Assembly: GCA_963698035.1 (NCBI GenBank)
Contig: OY969114.1
Coordinates: 30,001-62,000, forward strand
DNA length: 32,000 nucleotides
Reading direction: 5' to 3'
DNA from: Candidatus Saccharimonadota bacterium
GTDB taxonomy: Archaea > Micrarchaeota > Micrarchaeia > Micrarchaeales > Micrarchaeaceae
Part shown: in pieces, positions 16,878 through 25,574 of the stretch
Layout: each line of letters starts with the position of its first letter
How positions within the stretch are numbered: the first letter of the stretch is position 1
Program-made: the position numbers and the translations under genes
Notes under the pieces: model-generated
What the model was told of the DNA's origin: nothing
Seen by the model: only the letters and a program-made list of their open reading frames with translations
Database searches by the model: none

Positions 16878-18725
16878 CATTGAGTTGAGCTCGCTTCCGT
16901 CTACATTGAGCCTGTACTTTGCCATCAGCGCCTTTATCAGAGCGGGCTTGTCCTTCTGGCCGCCCTGCTGCTGCTCGGCGACCAGCTTCCTAAGCTCCTT
17001 GCCTCTTATCCTCTGCAGTCTCCTCTCCTCGATTATCTCTTCAACGGGCCGGTCCTTCTTTGAGAGGTGCTTTATCACCTCCTCTACCGCCTGCTTTGTT
17101 ATCCTCTTCCTGCCGTAGAGCTCGAATATCTCTATGAGGCGGTCGTCGCCTATCGAGTCGACGTCAAAGCCTGCCCTCCTCAACTCCGTGAGCTTCTGGA
17201 CGAGTATGTTGGCTATAAAAGAGGGCTCCTTTACTTTGCGCGCTATCGCCTTGTAGGTCTGCAGCTCCTGCGAGAGCATTAGCTGGCGGGTCAGGTTCGC
17301 ATCCTTCAGCTGCGCTACAAGCTCGCTCTGCTGCGCCTCTACGCTCGGGGCCATCGCATTTGCAACATCAACCATCTTCTTTGTAACCGATATCGGCCTG
17401 GCGTCCGTTTCGGGATACATCCTCGAGCCGCTCGGAAGGGGCCTCAGGAACCTGGTCGTGCAACTTCCGTCGTTTATCGCGCCACGTGTCTCTAGGGGCA
17501 CACCCTCCAGTGCCAATTTGGCCCTCCTTATCGCAAAGAGCACAGCCTGCTCGGCGCTCTTCCTGCTGCCCGCTATCAGCACAAAGGCGTCATCGTCTCC
17601 GAGCGAGAGCCTCTTGGATATTCCATCTATCTCATCCGCAGAGAAGCCATAGTCCCTTAGGTTTTCGTCGCTGTGTATTATCCCCTTGACGCCTGCAGCC
17701 ATGGCATAGTCGCTTATCTCTGTGCCGAGCCTCCTCTTCGGCTGCACCTCCCTACCCAGCACGCCCTTGAAGCCGGAGAGCTTGAACCCGACTACAATTC
17801 CCTTGCTGGAAATATGGTTGGATATTATCCTTACGCTTGTACCTTTGAAGAGCCCTGTGAGCTCCTTGGCGTCACCAACTGAGGCCTGCCTATTCAAGAG
17901 CTCCCCTCTTATCGCGAGCAGCTCCTGCTGCCTCTTGACCTCGTTGTCTATAAACCGGTCCATGAGGCCCAGCTCCTGCAGTCCCTTTATCTCGACCCTA
18001 GCCCCTCCCCTGATTGATACGTTCACATCCTGCCTTACCGATCCTATGCCCCTCTGGACCGTGCCAGAGATCCTCATCATCGTGCCTATGTATAGCGCTA
18101 TCTCCTTCGCGTCTTTCGGCGACCTTATGAGCGGCCATGTATCTATCTCGACAAGCGGGACGCCGAGCCTCTCAAGCCCGTATGTTATTCCGCTGTCTGA
18201 TGTGGCCTCTATGGAGGAGGACTCCTCCTCTAAGAACATCGATGGTATTCCAACCACCTCCCCGTTCACCCTTATGAATCCAGAGAGGGCTACAAGCGCA
18301 GTCCTCTGGAATGCGCTGGGGTCGCTTCCGTCAACCACGGCCTTCCTCATCGGCTGTATTTCATCGATCACCTTCATCTTCATCGCGATCGCGAATGAGA
18401 GTGCTATCTGCAATGCATCCGTATTCATTAGGTGGGGCGGCTCCTCGTCGAGCTCGACTAGGCAAGAGTGCCTCTTGTAAAGTCGGTACATGAAGGCGCG
18501 CCCCCTCTGCTCCTCGAATCCTGCAGATACATCAACTGCGCCCATCTCGCCTGCGACCGCCCTCTGGTATCTCAAAATTGACTGGGATGCGTCATCGCCC
18601 ATATCTATTATATTCGTGGGGCAGGAGCAGAAGAGCTTCCTTGAGGTTGCGAGCCTCTGGTGCACCTCGAGCCCGCACATGAAGCCTATCTCCTTATAGT
18701 GCCCGTAGTAGCCGTCATCCATCAT
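16872..18725 (-). CDS. gatE: Glu-tRNA(Gln) amidotransferase subunit E
   Basis: GFMCGLEVHQRLATSRKLFCSCP and the full 617-aa GatE architecture. The start overlaps the gatD stop. Confidence 0.95.
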   Translation of the reverse strand: MMDDGYYGHYKEIGFMCGLEVHQRLATSRKLFCSCPTNIIDMGDDASQSILRYQRAVAGEMGAVDVSAGFEEQRGRAFMYRLYKRHSCLVELDEEPPHLMNTDALQIALSFAIAMKMKVIDEIQPMRKAVVDGSDPSAFQRTALVALSGFIRVNGEVVGIPSMFLEEESSSIEATSDSGITYGLERLGVPLVEIDTWPLIRSPKDAKEIALYIGTMMRISGTVQRGIGSVRQDVNVSIRGGARVEIKGLQELGLMDRFIDNEVKRQQELLAIRGELLNRQASVGDAKELTGLFKGTSVRIISNHISSKGIVVGFKLSGFKGVLGREVQPKRRLGTEISDYAMAAGVKGIIHSDENLRDYGFSADEIDGISKRLSLGDDDAFVLIAGSRKSAEQAVLFAIRRAKLALEGVPLETRGAINDGSCTTRFLRPLPSGSRMYPETDARPISVTKKMVDVANAMAPSVEAQQSELVAQLKDANLTRQLMLSQELQTYKAIARKVKEPSFIANILVQKLTELRRAGFDVDSIGDDRLIEIFELYGRKRITKQAVEEVIKHLSKKDRPVEEIIEERRLQRIRGKELRKLVAEQQQGGQKDKPALIKALMAKYRLNVDGSELNSML

Positions 18726-20059
18726 TACACCAGGAATGCGTCGAAGTCGGTCCTCTGGCTTATCTCGCCGGCAATATTCCTGTTTAGCAGCGCGCCCGCT
18801 TCCTTGGCGCCGTAGTTGCCGAGCAACCAGCCTAGCTTTATGTAGGCAGTCTCAGGGAGCATGTCCTCGCAGTAGACAACCCCCAAAGATGATACGCGCC
18901 TGAGGTTGCTGTAGACGGTCGTGTTCACCCTGCCGTAAAGACACTGGGTTGTCATACCGACAATTATGCCGCTGTCTACCGCGGCTTTTACACTGGGAAT
19001 CCATGAATTACCCTTATTGGATGGAGACACTGGAAGGTGCCCCATTCCTGTTCCCTCTATTATTATTCCACGGTAGCCCTTCTCTGCGTAGAAGTCTATT
19101 ATCCGGGGGTTGGATCCAGGGTATGCCTTGACCAGCGCGACCTTGCTCTCGAATCCTGTCTTGGCTGCTATCCCCACGTGCTCCTTGGTGATTTTCTTGT
19201 ACTGACTCACGTAGTCAATCTTCCCATTCTGGCTGACCGTCGCTATCGGTACGTCGTTTACCGGCCTGAAGGCATCCCTCCTAGTTGAATGCATCTTGCG
19301 CACCTTTGTACCCCTGATAAAGTGGCAGCTGTCGTCGGCACTGGACCTGTGCATGCATACGCCTACCTCGGCTATATCGGAATTGGCAGCGATATGCACT
19401 GCGCATATGAGGTTCATGAACGCGTCGCTCGAGCCACGGTCGCTGCTCCTCTGCGCGCCTGTGACAACTACAGGAGCATTAATGCCCTGCAGCATGAAAC
19501 TGAGCGCAGCGGCGGTGTAATGCATCGTGTCAGTTCCCATTGTCACGATAACGCCGCGTGCCCCGGAGTTGATCTGCTTTGCAACCACGCCTGCGATTGT
19601 GCCCCAATCTGCAGGGGAGAGGTCCTCGCTGGCGATGCTGAAGGGATTTTCCATCGAAATCTGCGCGATCTTCGAGAGCTCCGGCACCTCGTAGAAGAGC
19701 TCCTCCGGCTTCAGCAGGGGGTAGACCCCTCCTGTCCTGTAATCTATCTTGTTACCTATCGTTCCGCCGGTGTATACCAGCGAGACCTTTGGCAACCCCT
19801 TCTCCTGCTTCAGCCGCGCACTTGGGAATGCACCGGGTTCCACCGATCCGCCCTCAAGCTTTGAGATTCTCATATTTGAGAAGGCGACCCCAACATTGTA
19901 CCCGCTCTTCAGCTTTATTATCAGCGTGTCTGGGCTACTTGCCTCTGTCTTCGGCATAAGTTCTCCCTCGAGCACGACGCCGTCGTATTCCGCCTTTATC
20001 CTGTCGCCCACATTTATCTTTTGGCTTTTCAGGAACTCGGATATTTCCTTCGAATACAT
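18725..20059 (-). CDS. gatD: Glu-tRNA(Gln) amidotransferase subunit D (asparaginase-like)
   Basis: N-terminal GatD-specific domain followed by an asparaginase fold (VYTGGTIGNKIDYRTGGV, IVTMGTDTMHYTAAALSF). Directly upstream of gatE. Confidence 0.95.
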   Translation of the reverse strand: MYSKEISEFLKSQKINVGDRIKAEYDGVVLEGELMPKTEASSPDTLIIKLKSGYNVGVAFSNMRISKLEGGSVEPGAFPSARLKQEKGLPKVSLVYTGGTIGNKIDYRTGGVYPLLKPEELFYEVPELSKIAQISMENPFSIASEDLSPADWGTIAGVVAKQINSGARGVIVTMGTDTMHYTAAALSFMLQGINAPVVVTGAQRSSDRGSSDAFMNLICAVHIAANSDIAEVGVCMHRSSADDSCHFIRGTKVRKMHSTRRDAFRPVNDVPIATVSQNGKIDYVSQYKKITKEHVGIAAKTGFESKVALVKAYPGSNPRIIDFYAEKGYRGIIIEGTGMGHLPVSPSNKGNSWIPSVKAAVDSGIIVGMTTQCLYGRVNTTVYSNLRRVSSLGVVYCEDMLPETAYIKLGWLLGNYGAKEAGALLNRNIAGEISQRTDFDAFLV

Positions 20060-20068
20060 GCGATCACT

Positions 20069-21337
20069 CTATAAAATTCTTCCGTAAAGGACGTTCGCCG
20101 ACACGGCGTATATCCTTGTGTCGAGCATGCTGCCGAGAGGCTGCATCTCTCCAGGCATGACTACCTGCTTATATGAAGCACTTCTCCCATTTGTAGACCT
20201 TTCGGTTGACTCTGTAGCAAGGATCGGCATGCGCTGCCCTATAAAGCGTTCATTTATTCCCTTCTGGAGTGACCTGACAACCCTTGAAAGGATTGCGCTC
20301 CTCCTACTTATCTCTGTGTTTGCAATCGTAGCCAACTTCGATGCGGGAGTATTGGGCCTGCTGCAGAACTTTGATATGTTTGTTACCTCCGGCTTCGCCT
20401 GTTTTACAAGGTCGATTGTGGCGTCGAAGTCGCTCAGCGACTCCACCGGATATCCAACTATTATATCGGTCTCAATGGTAATCTTGGGTATGCTGCGCCT
20501 TAGCTCTGCGACATATTCGAGGAACCGCTCTGCAGTGCACCTCCTTTTCATGTGGCCGAGCACTCTGTTGCTTCCCGACTGTATGGGCAGGTGGACAAAC
20601 CTGTAGAATCTGTTGCTCTGCATCGCGTTGATGAATTGGTCTATGTATTTTCCTATGTGCTCCGGGTTCAGCATGCCTATCCTCACCCGGAAATCACCGT
20701 CTATTGTTGCAATCTTCTGCATGAGCTCTGCGATGTTGCTCCTTCTATCAGCTCCATATGCGCCCATGTCCTGCGAGGTGAGCTGTATCTCCCTTGCACC
20801 CATGCGCGCACTTCCCTCTATCGCTTTGAGTATAAGCGTCTCCGAGTAGCTTTGCAGTGGTCCCCTCGCAAGCTTGGTCTCACAGAAGGAGCAGTTGCTA
20901 AGGCAACCGTCGCTAACCGGCACTTTTGCTATTATTCCCTTGCGTGGATCCAGAAGGGCGAGCTTATCTATTCTTGGATGGCCGTCGAAGACGTGCGTCT
21001 CCCCTAAATTCGCGGCTGACACCGCATCTGCTATCATGTGTATGTTGGATGTCGTGACGATGCCCGCGCCCGGCGCGATGCAGAGTATCTCCTCTTGCCT
21101 TGTGGATGCCATGCAGCCAGCCACTACGACCTTCCTGCCACTGCCATTAAGGAGCTTCAGGGCGTGCAGTATCTTCTGCTCGGTGGGCTTCTTCACCACG
21201 CAGGTGTTCAGCACCACGACATCCGCTGCGGCAGCGTCCTGCGACATCTCGATGCCGTTCTTTTGCAGGACCGATCCCATTATGTCGCTGTCAGCCTGGT
21301 TGAGGGTGCATCCATAAGTTTTTATATATGCCTTCAT
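20069..21337 (-). CDS. radical-SAM tRNA methylthiotransferase, archaeal MtaB/CDKAL1-like (MiaB family)
   Basis: UPF0004 N-domain cysteines (TYGCTLNQ, NTCVV, AGCM), radical-SAM CLSNCSFC and a C-terminal TRAM-like segment. It ends 9 nt upstream of gatD on the same strand. Confidence 0.85.
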   Translation of the reverse strand: MKAYIKTYGCTLNQADSDIMGSVLQKNGIEMSQDAAAADVVVLNTCVVKKPTEQKILHALKLLNGSGRKVVVAGCMASTRQEEILCIAPGAGIVTTSNIHMIADAVSAANLGETHVFDGHPRIDKLALLDPRKGIIAKVPVSDGCLSNCSFCETKLARGPLQSYSETLILKAIEGSARMGAREIQLTSQDMGAYGADRRSNIAELMQKIATIDGDFRVRIGMLNPEHIGKYIDQFINAMQSNRFYRFVHLPIQSGSNRVLGHMKRRCTAERFLEYVAELRRSIPKITIETDIIVGYPVESLSDFDATIDLVKQAKPEVTNISKFCSRPNTPASKLATIANTEISRRSAILSRVVRSLQKGINERFIGQRMPILATESTERSTNGRSASYKQVVMPGEMQPLGSMLDTRIYAVSANVLYGRIL

Positions 21338-21354
21338 AATATCTTCTCGACAGC

Positions 21355-21390
21355 GATAACTAATCCGAAATAAGCCTTTTATTAGTTATC
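21355..21390. promoter_or_regulatory. perfect 10-bp inverted repeat centred in a 68-bp divergent intergenic region
   Basis: GATAACTAAT (21355-21364), a 16-nt spacer, then ATTAGTTATC (21381-21390). Each arm reads ATTAGTTATC toward its gene and ends 15-17 nt before ATG 21406 (plus strand) and ATG 21337 (minus strand). Confidence 0.4.
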
Positions 21391-21405
21391 AAATATTGTG
21401 ATCGA

Positions 21406-21624
21406 ATGATAATGCTCTGTGAAAGATGCAAACGCGAGGTCTACAGGTACGAGGCCTGCACCTACTGCAACAGGAAGGTTTGCTATAGCTGCATAAAGAG
21501 CACCCAGAGGAGCCCGAAGACGAGGCGCCTTGTTATCTGCAGGGACTGCTGGGGCTCCATGAAGAAGAGAGGGGCTTTCAAGAACAGGAAGAGTGAGGTT
21601 GCTGTAGTGGAAGTTCCCGAATAA
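21406..21624 (+). CDS. small zinc-binding protein with four CxxC pairs and a basic tail
   Basis: 72 aa with CERC, CTYC, CYSC and CRDC, then KKRGAFKNRKS. No family recognised. Confidence 0.55.
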   Translation: MIMLCERCKREVYRYEACTYCNRKVCYSCIKSTQRSPKTRRLVICRDCWGSMKKRGAFKNRKSEVAVVEVPE

Positions 21625-21631
21625 TCAATAA

Positions 21632-24600
21632 TCAGACCCTCTTCACAGATACATTTACCAACTCTCCTTTTATTTCAAGCTCCCTAACCAAAGCCGAGCG
21701 GTCAAGCTTTGTCCCTATGTGCTTGGTCCTCAGTCCCTTCTTTATCCGCTTGATTTCCCTCGGTATTATCCTCATGAGCTCTCCGACCGCCTCGTAGTTG
21801 AGTTCTATGCTGTCGAGCCTGCTCAGCTTGAGTTCCTTCCTCATCATCTGGATATTCCTCTCGAACTCCCTTAGCAGCGCCTCATCCTTCAGCTCATTGC
21901 TCAATTCCTTGTCTATGTAGGCCGCACCGTACTTGAAGGCGACTCTGTCGCCCTCCTCCGCCCTCTCAACAATCGTAAAGTGCTCTGCCTTTATGCTCAC
22001 GTTACCATTACCTGCCCTGAGCAGGTACTCCCCCGAGTCATCTATCGCCTTGATAAGCTCATCAGGGTCTGCAGACTTCAGCGCTTCGGCTACCTCCCCT
22101 GCCCTCTCTTTGAACGAGGGTCCTATCTTCGCAAAGAGCGGCCTTATCTCCTTCTTTATGCCCGACACCCTGATTATCTCCAGTTTCTTGGCATTGGTGT
22201 AGCTCTCTATGATTGGAGCCATCTCCTGCAGCGCTGTGTACGCTGAATCATCAGTAACCTCGACTACCGCCCTGGATATCGGCCACCTGAGGCTTACTCC
22301 TGCCTTCTCCCTGCTATTGAGTATCGCGGATATTACACCCTTTGCGATTATCATCTTGCTTTCCAATCGCTCATCGATGAGCTTCTTGCGCGGCTTCGGC
22401 CACTTCTCCATGAATATAGAACTGCCATCCTTTGAGAAGAGATTTATGAATATGTATTCGGTGCAGAGCGGCGCAGATATCGAGAGCATTATTGCGGCGT
22501 TGTAGAGCACATAGCCAGTAAGCGCTGCGATTCTTTTCAACTCGCCCTTTGACGCATCTACAGCACGCTGCTTTGCAAACTTGAGGTAGAACCTGCTGAA
22601 GTCCTCTACTATGAAGTTTCTCAGCTCGCTGACCGCCTTGTCTATCTCATAGCTGTCCATCGAATCGGTGAACTTTACGATAAGCGAATTGAGCCTCGAC
22701 AATATGTAGAGATCCTCCTGCCCCATCTGAGAGGTGCCTGGGCGTTTGACCTGCTTGAGGTCGTATCCCGAGAGGCTTGCGAACTCCTTCACGAGCTCAG
22801 CTATGTTGTAAAGCATTATTATGTCGCCATCCGAGTCTGTCAGCTCGACCTTCTTCAGCTTGAGGTCCTGCCAGCGCGGCTTCGCAGAGCACCAAAGACG
22901 GAAGCCATCGACAGAGACCATCTCCATTATGTCTTTGGGGGTCACAGCATTGCCCTTATTCCTGTGCATCTCTTCTCCCAACTCGTCTTTCATCATGCCG
23001 CCGATGGTGACACGCAGGTAGGGTCTCTTCCGGTTTGCTGCAACACCGGTTCTTAGCAGCGCGCTAAACCATGCCTTTATCTGGTCTAGGCTTTCTGATA
23101 TCCAATCTGCAGGATAGAGCCTTGTGAACTCCTCATCGGTCAGGCTTGCAGTATGGGCTATCCCCGATTCGAACCATACATCGATTATGTCCGGTACCCT
23201 CTTCATCGTGCCGTTACATTTTCTGCATTTGAATGTTATGGAATCTATGTGTGGCTTGTGCAGTTCCATATCTTTTGGCTCCTTCTGCAGACCGGCTCTT
23301 TCCACAAGCTCATTAACAGAACCTAACACTTCCATTTCCTTGCACCCGTCACATACCCATATCGGCAGTGGTGCCCCCCAGTATCTCTGCCTAGAAATAC
23401 ACCAATCTGGCGAACTCTCTACTGCATCTGCAAACCACTTCTGCGCGAACTGCGGATGCCATTCGATCTTCTGGTTCTCGCTCAGCATCTTCTTCTTTAT
23501 TTTCTCCACGTTGACGAAGAATTGATCTGTTGCCCTGTATATCAGCTTACTGTTGCATCTCCAGCAGCATGGGTACGGATGAGTAAGACTCCCGGCAAAG
23601 AGCAGGTCACCAGACGCCCTGAGATCCTCCATCACCGCGGAGTTTGCGCTGTCGGGAAGTAGTAGACCTTCGTACTTGCCGGCGTCATCGGTGTATCGCG
23701 CATGCACGTCTACTGGTGAGAAGACAGGTATTCTATTTGCCTTTGCAAGCACGAAGTCCTCGGGACCGTGGCCAGGGGCCACATGGAGAAGGCCTGTTCC
23801 TTCGCTCAGTGACACCATGGCCTCGCTAAGAAGAACCCTGTGATACTTTGCAAATTTCTTCTGGATGGGAACCTGTTCAACGAGCGGGCTTGTGTACCCG
23901 GTGCCGGCAAGGTCTGATCCATAGAATTCCTTCTTTACAACGGTGCTCTTGCCTATCGCATCGGTAAAGGCATCGAGCCTGTCCTTTGCGACTATGTAAT
24001 CTTTGCCTTCGGATGAGGCAACAACATAGAGAGCCTTCGGGTTCACCGCTATCGCCATGTTCGATGGAAGTGTCCATGGTGTTGTAGTCCATATCACAAG
24101 ATAAGTGTCTGGCGAGAGCTTGAGCCTGCTCTTCTTCTCGTCAACCTTGAACCTTACAAATACGGAATTGTCGGATATCTCCTTGTACTCGACCTCGGGG
24201 CCGTTGGCCGACAGCACTGTCTCGCAGTGGGGGCAATATGCAAGCGGCTTCAGCCCCTTGTAGATTAGCTTCCTGTCGTACATCTTCTTGAAGATCTGCA
24301 AGCCCTTGTTTATGTAGTCGACCGTGTAGGGCAGATAGGTGTTATCGAAATCCATGAAAACCCCAAAGCGCTTGAGCAGCTCTATCGATCCCTTTATCTC
24401 GATCTCGGTGTAGGCCTTGCACTCCTTGACGAAGTTATCGATCCCCATGTGCTCTATGTCCTGCTTCGACCTCAGGTTAAATTTCCTCTCTATTTTGTTC
24501 TCTATCGGCAACCCGTGCACATCGAAGCCAGGTCTATCATGGACATCCATGCCCTTGTAGCGCTGATACTTTAGCATTAGGTCCTTTATCGTGTAGACCC

Positions 24601-24754
24601 ATAGATGGTGCACAGCGAGGCCATATGCATTTGCAGGGCCGTCAAGGAAGTAGAATTTCTTGTTGCCCATGTTTTTCTGCTTGAGCTTCTTGTGTATGTC
24701 GTATACCTTCCAGTACTCGACTATCTTCTCTTCTCTTTCTTTTAGGTTTATCAT
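21632..24754 (-). CDS. ileS: isoleucyl-tRNA synthetase (signature motifs divergent)
   Basis: 1040 aa. GFDVHGLPIE, editing-domain TTPWTLPSN and GTGLLHVAPGHGPEDF, and WCISRQRYWGAPLPIW typical of IleRS, plus Zn-type cysteine pairs. The HIGH and KMSKS positions read AVHH and EMHRN. Confidence 0.85.
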   Translation of the reverse strand: MINLKEREEKIVEYWKVYDIHKKLKQKNMGNKKFYFLDGPANAYGLAVHHLWVYTIKDLMLKYQRYKGMDVHDRPGFDVHGLPIENKIERKFNLRSKQDIEHMGIDNFVKECKAYTEIEIKGSIELLKRFGVFMDFDNTYLPYTVDYINKGLQIFKKMYDRKLIYKGLKPLAYCPHCETVLSANGPEVEYKEISDNSVFVRFKVDEKKSRLKLSPDTYLVIWTTTPWTLPSNMAIAVNPKALYVVASSEGKDYIVAKDRLDAFTDAIGKSTVVKKEFYGSDLAGTGYTSPLVEQVPIQKKFAKYHRVLLSEAMVSLSEGTGLLHVAPGHGPEDFVLAKANRIPVFSPVDVHARYTDDAGKYEGLLLPDSANSAVMEDLRASGDLLFAGSLTHPYPCCWRCNSKLIYRATDQFFVNVEKIKKKMLSENQKIEWHPQFAQKWFADAVESSPDWCISRQRYWGAPLPIWVCDGCKEMEVLGSVNELVERAGLQKEPKDMELHKPHIDSITFKCRKCNGTMKRVPDIIDVWFESGIAHTASLTDEEFTRLYPADWISESLDQIKAWFSALLRTGVAANRKRPYLRVTIGGMMKDELGEEMHRNKGNAVTPKDIMEMVSVDGFRLWCSAKPRWQDLKLKKVELTDSDGDIIMLYNIAELVKEFASLSGYDLKQVKRPGTSQMGQEDLYILSRLNSLIVKFTDSMDSYEIDKAVSELRNFIVEDFSRFYLKFAKQRAVDASKGELKRIAALTGYVLYNAAIMLSISAPLCTEYIFINLFSKDGSSIFMEKWPKPRKKLIDERLESKMIIAKGVISAILNSREKAGVSLRWPISRAVVEVTDDSAYTALQEMAPIIESYTNAKKLEIIRVSGIKKEIRPLFAKIGPSFKERAGEVAEALKSADPDELIKAIDDSGEYLLRAGNGNVSIKAEHFTIVERAEEGDRVAFKYGAAYIDKELSNELKDEALLREFERNIQMMRKELKLSRLDSIELNYEAVGELMRIIPREIKRIKKGLRTKHIGTKLDRSALVRELEIKGELVNVSVKRV

Positions 24755-24859
24755 GAGGACTCACTGCTAAACACAATAATATATCAATTCGCTTTTTTAA
24801 GCCTGATGTTTATGCTGTGAAAGCGATTTATAGCTGCTTTGCGCAGATAATCTGGTTGG

Positions 24860-25444
24860 ATGGGCGCCAACGTGAACGACAGGGGCTACAGCGGGAGTGA
24901 ATCCTACAGGCTCGTCGAGCCTCTGCTGAGGTCAAAAAGCAGCTTGCTGCTTGTTGTCTGCCCGTTCATAACAGCCGCGTACGCGCGCCTCTTGGTGGGC
25001 GAATCGGCGCGGAAAGAGGTCTCCGTCATAACGTCCAACTCCGAAATAACAGCTGCGGGACTGAAGATCCTGAGAAGGGGAAGGAGGGGATCCGCCTTCC
25101 TGAAAGTCGCTATGTACCTTCTCATTCTTGAGGTGATATTCTTCCTGCTTAAGTTCTACCTGGCGGAGCTGGCGGTGCTTCCTTTCATCGTGATATTCGT
25201 GATGATTGCTGCGCTCGCCCACTCTGCGGCAAAGAAGCGCAAAGTTAGGGTTAGGGTGTCTGAAGAGCACTTCGTCCATGAGAAAATCTACATAACGGAT
25301 TCGTGCGCGATAACGGGCAGCGCGAACCTCACATACGCGGGCCTGCACAAGAATGTCGAGCACCTGGAGGTCACCTACGACGCAGAGAAGATAGGCGAGC
25401 TGCGCTCCCACTTCTGGGAGCTCTGGAAGAGCATACAAGAATGA
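24860..25444 (+). CDS. phospholipase D/nuclease (HKD) superfamily protein with one HKD motif and an internal two-helix hydrophobic insertion
   Basis: HEKIYITDSCAITGSANL matches HxK(x)4D...GSxN. The N-terminal PLD-fold strand is SSLLLVVCPFITAAYARLL. FLKVAMYLLILEVIFFLLKFYLA and LAVLPFIVIFVMIAALA lie between the two halves. Confidence 0.65.
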   Translation: MGANVNDRGYSGSESYRLVEPLLRSKSSLLLVVCPFITAAYARLLVGESARKEVSVITSNSEITAAGLKILRRGRRGSAFLKVAMYLLILEVIFFLLKFYLAELAVLPFIVIFVMIAALAHSAAKKRKVRVRVSEEHFVHEKIYITDSCAITGSANLTYAGLHKNVEHLEVTYDAEKIGELRSHFWELWKSIQE

Positions 25445-25546
25445 GCCTTGTCGAGAGTAAAATAGCTTCAAATAAAACACATTTTACACAAAAGTTTCCA
25501 AAAATACAGGTTATTCTAAATAGATATTAGAAACTTCTCCTAAACC

Positions 25547-25560
25547 TTTAAATATTATAA
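25547..25560 (+). promoter_or_regulatory. TATA box for the small basic ORF (probably leaderless)
   Basis: CCTTTAAATATTATAA is centred about 23-25 nt upstream of ATG 25575. Confidence 0.4.
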
Positions 25561-25574
25561 CTCCGTTATATGTA

